IMG/VR virus record: IMGVR_UViG_3300032308_002516
Coordinates: 1-53,900 of that record
Length of the DNA stretch: 53,900 bases
Direction: 5' to 3' (one strand)
From: a virus
Taxonomy: Duplodnaviria; Caudoviricetes
Below the pieces are notes generated by a model. That model was not told the origin of the DNA and made no database searches. It saw nothing but the letters and a program-made list of their open reading frames with translations. Shown here piece after piece: positions 19,195-27,830 of the stretch (its first letter is position 1; every line of letters begins with the position of its first letter). The position numbers and the translations under genes were made by a program.

Positions 19195-20469
19195 ATGAAT
19201 ATCGCAATTATTTCTTCGTCCTCTAGTTATCACCAGGTGGCACAAATGTTTACTAAAGAATCAAATGTAAACAAAGTCTATCATTACGGTGCCCATCCTT
19301 CTCTGATCGAAAACGAAAAGTATTTTCCTATACCGATTTATATCCCAGTTATTCCAAAAAATAATTCTATCGACGAAGAAGTCAAGTTAATACTAGAAGA
19401 TATTCAAAGAAGAAATATAGATTTTGTGCTGACTTCATCTGTACAAGTTCCTAGTAGTTTATTAATTCACGAAGGCCTTAAAAAACTTAATATCCCATAT
19501 TTTTTTGTGAGTCCTGAAATGACCGGTTTAGAAAAAAATAAAACTTTAAGTAAAAAAATGTTTAATAGTTTACAAATACCAACTGGAATTGGGGAAACAG
19601 TAAATGGAAAATATCTGTTTGACAATTTTAGGACCATTCCTAGGCCTTTTGTTATAAAGTTAAATTTCGTTTATCAATACGGAAAACAAACTATTATAGT
19701 AACCGATGATAATTTTGAAGAGGTTTATCTTGACTTGTTTAGTGTAAGATTAGACAACAATGCTAGAATTACCAATATCGGATTTGATGTCAGTTTAATC
19801 ATAGAAAAATTTATCAACATTAAAAAAGAATATTCTTATCATGCGTTGTTTAATTCCTCTGGATGGAAATATCTAGGATCAGCTAGAGATTATAAAAAAA
19901 TCCACGATGGTGATCAGGGATTTAATTCCGTGAGTATGGGATCATATAACATGAATAATGTCGATTTTGTGGTTCATGAATACGCTGATAAAATTTTTAA
20001 TTTTTTAAAGAGTAAAAACTATATCTACAAAGGTTTTATATTTTTAGGAATAGCCGTAGATGAAAACGATGTTCCTATGATTTTAGAAATTAATACCCGA
20101 AGCGGAGATCCGGAACTACAGGCAATACTAGGTTCTGTTAATAACAATTTGAGTGAATTATTTTTAACTGCTAGTCGAGATGATCCTATTCCTGATATAA
20201 CGCACAATGAAAATAAAACTGTAACTATTAGATTAATGAATTCAGTTTACGACTGGACTAAACCTGCTTCATTTCTTCCTAAACTAAATCCCTGTCCTGA
20301 AAATATACTGCACGGATTAGAGGGAACTGATCCTTTCTATATCAAACACTCTGTTTTTACAGCATCCGATAGAACTCATCGTGCCGCTGCTGAAAAAATT
20401 TATTCATACCTAGATAGTCAATTTGTAGGACAATTTAGATATCGAAGAGACATTGGAATACTAGAATGA
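19195..20469 (+). CDS. Divergent PurD (GAR synthetase)-like ATP-grasp ligase; start at ATG 19195
   Basis: LEKNK, PFVIK, IIEKF, DYKKIHDGDQGFNSVSMG, LEINTRSGDPE, YRRDIG. Confidence 0.8.
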   Translation: MNIAIISSSSSYHQVAQMFTKESNVNKVYHYGAHPSLIENEKYFPIPIYIPVIPKNNSIDEEVKLILEDIQRRNIDFVLTSSVQVPSSLLIHEGLKKLNIPYFFVSPEMTGLEKNKTLSKKMFNSLQIPTGIGETVNGKYLFDNFRTIPRPFVIKLNFVYQYGKQTIIVTDDNFEEVYLDLFSVRLDNNARITNIGFDVSLIIEKFINIKKEYSYHALFNSSGWKYLGSARDYKKIHDGDQGFNSVSMGSYNMNNVDFVVHEYADKIFNFLKSKNYIYKGFIFLGIAVDENDVPMILEINTRSGDPELQAILGSVNNNLSELFLTASRDDPIPDITHNENKTVTIRLMNSVYDWTKPASFLPKLNPCPENILHGLEGTDPFYIKHSVFTASDRTHRAAAEKIYSYLDSQFVGQFRYRRDIGILE

Positions 20470-21251
20470 AAAACAAATTATATTCTATTGATGTTTTTGA
20501 CGATATCGTTTCCAAAGAAACACAACTTAAAGTCGAAAAATATTTAGAAGATCAAACTTGGCACATCCAATGGATGCCCTTGCCCGCACTTCCGAAAAAA
20601 TTAAATAGATTTAAACCGAAGGATGGGTTATCCGGTCCGCTATCATCTTGGCCTATTGTGCAGTCTACTACTTTCGCAAGATGCTGTTTAGCTAGAGACG
20701 AGGATCATTTAAAGAATAAACATTATCTGATATGGAAGCTCTGGCAAGAAATAAATGCTGGCCTTAACAACGAATACGAAATCACAGGATACCCAGAAGA
20801 TATGTTCGATGAAGAATATTCCAAAGAACACGGAATAGACGGTTGGGGTTGGAGAGTTTATGTCAACGGATTATATGGCAGAATAACCACTGGCACTTGG
20901 GGAGCGCACAGAGATACTCCCGACCTAACTGATGAATCCAGCGTTACAATTTTATACTTCGTTAATCCAGAGTGGTATCCTAGGTGGAGTGGCGAAATTG
21001 TTTTTTACCCTGACGATTTAGAAGGATCTTCGGGAGATCATCAACAATTTAATGTTGGAGATCATCAACAGCAAAGAAATTACAATGTAGGCTGGGCTGA
21101 TCAAGGAAAGCTGGTCAGTCCGGTTCCTAATAGAGTAGTAGTATTCGACGGTAGATGCTTACATAATTGTCAGCCGCCGTCGACACCAGAAGGCGCTAGA
21201 TCAAAGCCGTTGTGGCGTGTGGTTTTTAGAGCTAGAAAAAAGGTAAAATAA
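20466..21251 (+). CDS. Prolyl-4-hydroxylase-like 2OG/Fe(II) oxygenase
   Basis: GAHRD...TILYFVNPEW...WSGE...PVPNRVVVFDGRCLH...WRVVFR. Confidence 0.85.
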   Translation: MKNKLYSIDVFDDIVSKETQLKVEKYLEDQTWHIQWMPLPALPKKLNRFKPKDGLSGPLSSWPIVQSTTFARCCLARDEDHLKNKHYLIWKLWQEINAGLNNEYEITGYPEDMFDEEYSKEHGIDGWGWRVYVNGLYGRITTGTWGAHRDTPDLTDESSVTILYFVNPEWYPRWSGEIVFYPDDLEGSSGDHQQFNVGDHQQQRNYNVGWADQGKLVSPVPNRVVVFDGRCLHNCQPPSTPEGARSKPLWRVVFRARKKVK

Positions 21252-22498
21252 TGTTAGACGATTTAGGATTTTATACTGTAGGCACTGAAAAATTTTACGA
21301 AAAAATTCCTGCGATGTTCAGAGCGCAGCAATTAAAAACAGAAATGTCTTGGAATTTTAATGACGAAATTTTTTCTAAAGTAGATTGGACAAAGGAACCT
21401 TCCGAGTCTTTAGATGAGCTGTATGCTAAAAGAGCAAAACAGATAAGAGAAGAATACGATTATGTTCTTCTTTTCTGTAGTGGTGGCGCCGATAGTACAA
21501 ATATGTTTTATGCCTTTGTCAACAATGGTTTACATGTCGATGAAGTAGTAGGAAGCGCACCTATATCTGGATTAAGAGATTGGAAAAGTAATCCAACCGA
21601 TCAACGAGTAGAAAACACTATAGATGAAACTTTTCACACACAAATACCTTGGTTGAAAAAAATTGAAACTCAATTCCCTAAAACAAAAGTAACTCTTCAT
21701 GATTATTTTGATGATATGCTGGAATATAAAGCCGACGATTGGCTTTTAAAAGGAAACGATTGGATGCATCCAACTATGGCCGGTCGGTATAATCTAGATC
21801 GTTATATTCATCTGAAACGCATAGCAGAATCAGGTAAAAAAATTGCCGTGGTTCAAGGCATAGACAAACCAAAAATTTACAGGCACAAAGATAATTTTTA
21901 TCTTGTTTTTGTAGACAACGTATATAACAACAAGTACGATTCTGTAAATCACCCTAATACCAATCCGGTGTTCTTTTATCATTCGCCGCAGCTACCGCAG
22001 TTGATAATAAAACAGGCACACGTTACAGCTAGTTTTCTCATGAAACCAGAAAATAAAAGCATATATGATGTTATGCCGGGAAACGACGAACGTGCTCTTG
22101 GAAAAGATTTAAAGATATCAGCTCTAATGAATCCACCAAATCCTGGAATTTACGAAAGAGGAATAGTTCCGGCAATATATCCGGCAATTAAAAAAATATC
22201 ATTCCAAGCAGGAAAACCAGATCGAATGTTCTTAGGTAAACACGACGATTGGTTTTATCAACTTCACAAAGATATTAGAATATGGGATATGATGCAGTCA
22301 GACTTGGCTAATCTAATCAGATCATTAGATCCCAAATTTTTACTTAATGATCAATATCGTGGATTATTAGGATTTAGATACTGGAGAAAATATTATAAGA
22401 TTGGACCAGTGTCGAATTTTTTATCAAATCCGTTGAATATCCTATTAGATAGCAACAAAAATAAATCTCCGATAGAAAATATTGACGATGTGAAATGA
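21251..22498 (+). CDS. PP-loop ATP-pyrophosphatase-like protein, paralog of 2554..3789
   Basis: LFCSGGADSTN, GIDKP, KQAH. Confidence 0.75.
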   Translation: MLDDLGFYTVGTEKFYEKIPAMFRAQQLKTEMSWNFNDEIFSKVDWTKEPSESLDELYAKRAKQIREEYDYVLLFCSGGADSTNMFYAFVNNGLHVDEVVGSAPISGLRDWKSNPTDQRVENTIDETFHTQIPWLKKIETQFPKTKVTLHDYFDDMLEYKADDWLLKGNDWMHPTMAGRYNLDRYIHLKRIAESGKKIAVVQGIDKPKIYRHKDNFYLVFVDNVYNNKYDSVNHPNTNPVFFYHSPQLPQLIIKQAHVTASFLMKPENKSIYDVMPGNDERALGKDLKISALMNPPNPGIYERGIVPAIYPAIKKISFQAGKPDRMFLGKHDDWFYQLHKDIRIWDMMQSDLANLIRSLDPKFLLNDQYRGLLGFRYWRKYYKIGPVSNFLSNPLNILLDSNKNKSPIENIDDVK

Positions 22499-23040
22499 TG
22501 AATTATCACATATATGAGATACACGATCTTTCCGATCAAAAGATAGTTGAACTTTTAAAAAAAAGTATCTCGGATAAAATGTTTGATAATCCTGATATTT
22601 GTAGAAATTATCTGTACGAATACCGAAACGATTCAGCTAATTTATTTTATATTTTAAAAAACGGTAGATATCGTCAAGGAGCATATTTTGTAATAACAGA
22701 CTTTGATAATAATTTTATCGCTAGTGCAGGATGGAATGAATATGATTCCGATACAGCACTTATATTAACAAGAATGATAGTCCAGCCCGAACATCGTGCG
22801 AAGTATATTATAGGTAATCATTTATTGCCAAAAATCATAGAACAAACCAAAGACTATAAAAAGGTGTGGATCACAGCTAACAATTATAATAAATCTATAT
22901 ACACCTGGTTCGAAAGATCAAATCAAGGTAAATCTGCTTCGCTTAGTAAAAGATGGCCAGATCTATATAAAAATTTCGAACCGATCGGTCAACACACTGT
23001 CTATAATACCTTACAATGGGTCGTCCAATTAAAAAAATAA
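22495..23040 (+). CDS. GNAT-fold acyltransferase-like protein
   Basis: FIASAGW...ILTRMIVQPEHRAK...ITANNYN pattern. Confidence 0.55.
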   Translation: MMNYHIYEIHDLSDQKIVELLKKSISDKMFDNPDICRNYLYEYRNDSANLFYILKNGRYRQGAYFVITDFDNNFIASAGWNEYDSDTALILTRMIVQPEHRAKYIIGNHLLPKIIEQTKDYKKVWITANNYNKSIYTWFERSNQGKSASLSKRWPDLYKNFEPIGQHTVYNTLQWVVQLKK

Positions 23041-23047
23041 ATATTCG

Positions 23048-23866
23048 ATGTTAAAAAAAATATCCAAAGCATTTTATTTTATCTTCATTCCTAAAATATC
23101 TCTAGCTATAATCACGGTAATTTTATTGGCTGTCGGAATAATTCCTCTATATTATCTGTGGTTCACGCTATTCATGTGGATTATGGTTTGCGGACTTGGC
23201 ATAGCTTGCGGATATCACAGAATTTTCAGTCATAAAACTCACGACATTCCCAGATGGAAAGAGAATATCATTTTGTTTTTTGCTGTGTTTGCTGGGCAGG
23301 GACCAAGTATTTTTTGGGTCGCCGCCCATAGAGGATATCATCATCCGCATGCCGACAAGGACAAAGATCTACACAGTCCAGTAGTTAAAGGTTATTGGCA
23401 TGCCTTTTACGGGTGGATTAAACAAATAACAGAATCTAACGTGGTAGTTAATATAAAATATTCCTCAGACCTAATGCGTAAATCTAATCATGTTTGGTTT
23501 TTTAATAACTACATGAAAATTTTATGGGGCGTTCCTTTATTGTTATGTTTGATAGATTGGAAACTAGCTTTTACTGGATTTTTTCTTGTTACGGGATTTT
23601 TCGGTGTGATACAAGACAACTTGATAAACGTGTTCGGTCACCAAAAAATGTTAGTAGGATATAGGAATTTTAAGACAGACGATAATTCACATAATAATCC
23701 CATCATGGGGTTGATAACTTGGGGACAGGGTTGGCATAATAATCACCACCATGCTCCCGGAAATTATGACTTCGGAAAAGGAACATCGGGAAAATGGTGG
23801 GAGTTTGATCCCTGCATATTATTTCTACCCTTTGTAGGAAAAGGAAAAAATTACCAATCTCGTTGA
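23048..23866 (+). CDS. Delta-9-type fatty acid (acyl-CoA) desaturase
   Basis: His boxes GYHRIFSH, HRGYHH, WHNNHH; hydrophobic helices; DKDLHSP. Confidence 0.93.
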   Translation: MLKKISKAFYFIFIPKISLAIITVILLAVGIIPLYYLWFTLFMWIMVCGLGIACGYHRIFSHKTHDIPRWKENIILFFAVFAGQGPSIFWVAAHRGYHHPHADKDKDLHSPVVKGYWHAFYGWIKQITESNVVVNIKYSSDLMRKSNHVWFFNNYMKILWGVPLLLCLIDWKLAFTGFFLVTGFFGVIQDNLINVFGHQKMLVGYRNFKTDDNSHNNPIMGLITWGQGWHNNHHHAPGNYDFGKGTSGKWWEFDPCILFLPFVGKGKNYQSR

Positions 23867-25104
23867 AATCGAGATATATGATACCTTATGTATTCTTGTA
23901 CATCCAAGTCGTCTATACTTAATAAGTTATAGTCGCTATCTAAGCCAAATCTAGCATTAGGCTTAAGCCTATCCGGAAGATCACTAACATCCTGATGATA
24001 CATAACATTTGGACCTAAGCTTCCGAGTTTAAGTTTAAAAAAATAATACCAATCGTTTTTGTCTAAGTCGTGTATGTATTTTCTAGCAGCCATTTTATAA
24101 GTAGTAGGTCCGTATAGGATTTTTTCCCCGTTATTATTATTGACCATCGACCATTTTTGATATTCCACGCTTGCGAACCAGTTAATGGCCCAATCATTAA
24201 TCACTGTGCCGTAGTCTAGTTTATCATTTAAAAAAACAGAAATCCTAACAGCACAACTTACCCATTTAATATTAAACAAGACCCACCAATAGTAATCGTG
24301 TAGGCTTTGAATAGGAACTGTAGAAGTTTTGATATTCTTTTCAAATTTATCATACCACGATTCCCCCAAATAAGGACACTGTGGAGTAGACCAATGTTTT
24401 ATGATCAAATCCTTATATTCTGAATAATGAACATCAGGTGAGGCCATTTTACTTTGTATATTAAGTAAATGATTTCTAGAGTTAGGCGATACTTTATCTA
24501 GATAAAATTCATAATTTTGCTGTAATTCTAAGAAGCTCATAGTTCCGAATATACAATCGCCTTCATCAGCAGTGATGGGTCTTAATCCTAGATTTATAAG
24601 GGAATCATATTTGTACTGTGCTGAATCATATATTTGAAACTTGTTCCAAATAAACTTCTTCCAAAATATAGGATTTTCTATCATAGAGTGTCCATTGGCA
24701 CATACACTGACATTTTTGATCTCTTCTTGAGTTAGATTCTTAATCAATGCTGCCATTATCACAGTACTATCAAATCCTCCTGAATACATGACTACAAATT
24801 TTTGATTTTTATTTTTAATTAGGTCAGCAATTTCTCTAGCACGTAAATCTGAAACTTCGTCGAATGATTTATTAAAAACAGGATCATACTCTGGCATTTC
24901 AAAACCAGGTGGAATTTCCTGTGGCCATGCCATAGACCATTCTCCATTCCTACTAACGAATCTCTGTGGTTTATATAGGGTGCTGAGATCTAATATAAAC
25001 TTTCCACCCGATCCCGCATCCTCACGAAGACTATCCCAAAAATCTTGCTGATAATAATTGTAGGTTATACCGCTTAGATATAAAACTGAATTTTTTGATA
25101 ACAT
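23851..25104 (-). CDS. PP-loop / asparagine-synthetase-like protein
   Basis: VMYSGGFDST; ITADEGDCIFG resembles the AsnB SGEGADE motif. Confidence 0.7.
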   Translation of the reverse strand: MLSKNSVLYLSGITYNYYQQDFWDSLREDAGSGGKFILDLSTLYKPQRFVSRNGEWSMAWPQEIPPGFEMPEYDPVFNKSFDEVSDLRAREIADLIKNKNQKFVVMYSGGFDSTVIMAALIKNLTQEEIKNVSVCANGHSMIENPIFWKKFIWNKFQIYDSAQYKYDSLINLGLRPITADEGDCIFGTMSFLELQQNYEFYLDKVSPNSRNHLLNIQSKMASPDVHYSEYKDLIIKHWSTPQCPYLGESWYDKFEKNIKTSTVPIQSLHDYYWWVLFNIKWVSCAVRISVFLNDKLDYGTVINDWAINWFASVEYQKWSMVNNNNGEKILYGPTTYKMAARKYIHDLDKNDWYYFFKLKLGSLGPNVMYHQDVSDLPDRLKPNARFGLDSDYNLLSIDDLDVQEYIRYHISRFQRDW

Positions 25105-25105
25105 G

Positions 25106-25906
25106 TCAGACTACCCATGTTGTTTGATTATTTCGATGTTTTACAAATCCTGCCGGGCCTAGTTTTTTTAGTTCGCTAGGTTCTTCGATTCCCATGATAA
25201 GGTAAAACAGTTGCCTTGTATCTGACGGGTCGTTTTTAGAATGTTCTAACCAAGCATTATTAATCGATACCATGGCGGAATCGATAGAATCAGATTCATA
25301 TAAAATTGTTTTGATTAAATTAATAATTCCTTGCTCTGCAGAAGTATTATCATGATAAATTTTAAAATCTTTAGGAAATTGATCATGGAAAAAAACATCT
25401 AGGTATTCTTTTTCTGGAAAAAAGTTTTTGAAATTTACAGATAAAGTTATTGCGTATAAGGTTCTCAAAGAAAATAAGGCATATTCTTGTAATCTAAGAA
25501 GTATATCTTTTCTAGGTTCCTCAACAAAATCTACAGGCCAGCCTTTTTCTATAATGATATTCTTTGGTATTTTTGATAGAGATGCTGACTGCCTGTGTGC
25601 CATGACTATAGGACTACCGTATCCCTTTTCATCTTTTTTATGTCTGGTGGAAAAATTTAAACAATTTTCATTATTCATGTCCGGTGTAACTTGATCTAGC
25701 ACATAAACTATGTTCGAAACTTTAGAAGATAAAACTTTACCTGTTTCATAAATCATCCAGGGATCGTAATTGTCAATAATAAGAAACCGGTCTACCCCTG
25801 GGGAAAAAATTGCGTAACTATTTTTTTTATTCCAACTTAACGGATAAAAGGTTTTATGAAACCCATCTACGGCATCTAACCATGGTTTTTTAGTGTATCT
25901 ATTCAT
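25106..25906 (-). CDS. Hypothetical protein
   Basis: 266-aa ORF behind a TATAAATA box, abutting the downstream gene. Confidence 0.75.
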   Translation of the reverse strand: MNRYTKKPWLDAVDGFHKTFYPLSWNKKNSYAIFSPGVDRFLIIDNYDPWMIYETGKVLSSKVSNIVYVLDQVTPDMNNENCLNFSTRHKKDEKGYGSPIVMAHRQSASLSKIPKNIIIEKGWPVDFVEEPRKDILLRLQEYALFSLRTLYAITLSVNFKNFFPEKEYLDVFFHDQFPKDFKIYHDNTSAEQGIINLIKTILYESDSIDSAMVSINNAWLEHSKNDPSDTRQLFYLIMGIEEPSELKKLGPAGFVKHRNNQTTWVV

Positions 25907-25913
25907 TGCGTTT

Positions 25914-25944
25914 TATTTATACGGTGGTTTTCTTACTATAAATA
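25914..25944. promoter_or_regulatory. Back-to-back perfect TATAAATA late promoters
   Basis: TATTTATA at 25914-25921 and TATAAATA at 25937-25944; same 15-nt gap as at 14034-14064. Confidence 0.8.
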
Positions 25945-25954
25945 TTTTTCCAAA

Positions 25955-27418
25955 ATGTCAATTATGTTTAATAATCTTGGAAAAATTATTTCCCCGTTAT
26001 GTGATCTTGAAAAGGTTGCAGTAATCGATCTCAGTAATGCATCTCGATCTTATACATATAAGCAGGTAGATCAACAAGCAGATGCTGTAGCACGTGGCTT
26101 GGCTACAAAAAATATCAACGTAGGCGAAAAAATTTCCATACTTTCAGACAATTCTGTAGATGTAATTTCTGTTTTTTTCGGGACATTAAGACTAGGCGCT
26201 ATTCCTGTATTGATTAATACTAATTTTTCAGACGAACAGATTAAAATTATCTTGTCAGAAACGAACAGCAAAATATTATTTGTTGACAGAGATAAAAAAT
26301 TCGATATACCCACTATTCATTTTAACAGCGACTTTAAAGAATTTTTGAACTACGGAAGTTTAGATTGTTATAAAACAAAAGAAGATGATATAGCTTTTAT
26401 TTTGTATACTTCAGGAACTCACGGAAGTCCAAAAGCAGCTTGTATAACTCATCGGGGTCATATTTGGGCCTTAGAACGAAATATATCATATGATAAAAAT
26501 TCTTCAGAAAGAATTTCTTTAATATCTGCTCCATTATATCACTCCAATGGGCTGTCTACCTTCGAGGGATCGTTTGCTGGAAATTCTCAAATTATTCTAC
26601 TTCCTAAATTTAATCCCTTGGGCTGTATAAAAGCTATAGAAAAATATCAGGTAAACACCATGTACTGTGTTCCGTCAATGCTTGCTATGATAATTCGTGA
26701 GGATTATATCAAACAAGCCAATTTAAATTCATTGAAATTAATTAGATCAGCATCATCACATTTCAGTCAAAATTTGTTTGATTCTGTAAAAAAATATTTC
26801 CCAAATGCTAATGTTCTTAATAGCTACGGACTCACTGAAGTTGGGCCGGCATTATTTGGACCACACCCAGATAAGATACCGAGACCAGTTACCAGCGTAG
26901 GGTATCCAGCTAAGGGTATCGAATACCGAATCGTAGATGGTGTTCTACAAATCAAAAGTCCTAGTATGATGTATTCGTATTATCATAGTCAAAATAATAC
27001 GAATTCATTTACAGATGACGGATTTTTTATTACCAACGATTTATTCACAGTAGATGAACATGGATTTTATTATTTTTTAGGAAGAAACGACGACATGTTT
27101 AAATGCGGAGGGAACAGCGTATTTCCTAAAAAAGTTGAAGAAATCTTAGAAAGTCATCCTTCTGTAATTTCTGCTGTTGTATTAGGATTTGAGGATGAAA
27201 TCAAAGGTCATAAGCCCTACGCTTTTGTTATTGTAGAAAATCACAAATCCGTCAGCGAAAAGGAGCTTAAAAAGTACGTTCTAGATCGCGGCCCCGCATT
27301 TCAACACCCTAGAAAAATATGGTTTTTGGACGAGTTTCCGCTGCTCGCAGGAAACAAGATCGACAAAGAAAAACTCAAAATTCTATATAAAAATGAGATC
27401 ACAGCACAATTAAGGTGA
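25955..27418 (+). CDS. AMP-forming acyl-CoA synthetase / adenylate-forming enzyme
   Basis: YTSGTHGSPK, PLYHSNG, SYGLTE, GRNDD, GNKIDK. Confidence 0.93.
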   Translation: MSIMFNNLGKIISPLCDLEKVAVIDLSNASRSYTYKQVDQQADAVARGLATKNINVGEKISILSDNSVDVISVFFGTLRLGAIPVLINTNFSDEQIKIILSETNSKILFVDRDKKFDIPTIHFNSDFKEFLNYGSLDCYKTKEDDIAFILYTSGTHGSPKAACITHRGHIWALERNISYDKNSSERISLISAPLYHSNGLSTFEGSFAGNSQIILLPKFNPLGCIKAIEKYQVNTMYCVPSMLAMIIREDYIKQANLNSLKLIRSASSHFSQNLFDSVKKYFPNANVLNSYGLTEVGPALFGPHPDKIPRPVTSVGYPAKGIEYRIVDGVLQIKSPSMMYSYYHSQNNTNSFTDDGFFITNDLFTVDEHGFYYFLGRNDDMFKCGGNSVFPKKVEEILESHPSVISAVVLGFEDEIKGHKPYAFVIVENHKSVSEKELKKYVLDRGPAFQHPRKIWFLDEFPLLAGNKIDKEKLKILYKNEITAQLR

Positions 27419-27450
27419 AAAAATTAATAAATACCAAAAGGAGAATTCTC

Positions 27451-27750
27451 ATGTCGTACATGTACAAGACAAGGACCATTAAGCCAGAAAATGAAAAATG
27501 GTATCCGGATGTTGAACCTGTAAAACACGCTGATTTTATGAAATGGTTTAAATCATATCCAGGAGTTGTCAGCTTTCAAAACAGAAGAGAAAGCGAAAAT
27601 GAGCATATAAGATGGGTTGAATTTTCCGATCAAGAGTCTTACGAAAGATTCATAGTTGAAAGAAATCAAAGAGAAGATTATATCGAAAGGCAGCAGTGGT
27701 TAGAATCTCACGGATTTATCGTAGAAGTTCTGGCTTATCCTAAAAACTAA
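27451..27750 (+). CDS. Small hypothetical protein, possibly dimeric alpha/beta barrel; start at ATG 27451
   Basis: AATAAATA near 27426 and GGAG SD near 27440; RWVEFSDQESYERF pattern. Confidence 0.6.
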   Translation: MSYMYKTRTIKPENEKWYPDVEPVKHADFMKWFKSYPGVVSFQNRRESENEHIRWVEFSDQESYERFIVERNQREDYIERQQWLESHGFIVEVLAYPKN

Positions 27751-27795
27751 CTGTTTGAAACTATCATCTTTAAGATATTGAATATATCTATTTTC

Positions 27796-27824
27796 TTGCA
27801 TAATTCCAAATAAAAGTATATAAT
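27796..27824 (+). promoter_or_regulatory. Sigma70-type promoter for the tRNA-like RNA
   Basis: TTGCAT-17 nt-TATAAT ending 6 nt before G27831. Confidence 0.75.
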
Positions 27825-27830
27825 AAGCTT

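Noticed and set aside
19195-20469. Calling this gene purD (purine biosynthesis)
   Set aside because: The PurD glycine-rich substrate and ATP loops are replaced and no other pur genes are present, so no symbol was given
50-27750. RiPP or lasso-peptide cluster, suggested by the AsnB-like enzymes and radical SAM
   Set aside because: No precursor peptide, RRE/PqqD domain, leader peptidase or exporter could be found, and the intergenic gaps are too short; not excluded if the substrate is encoded elsewhere
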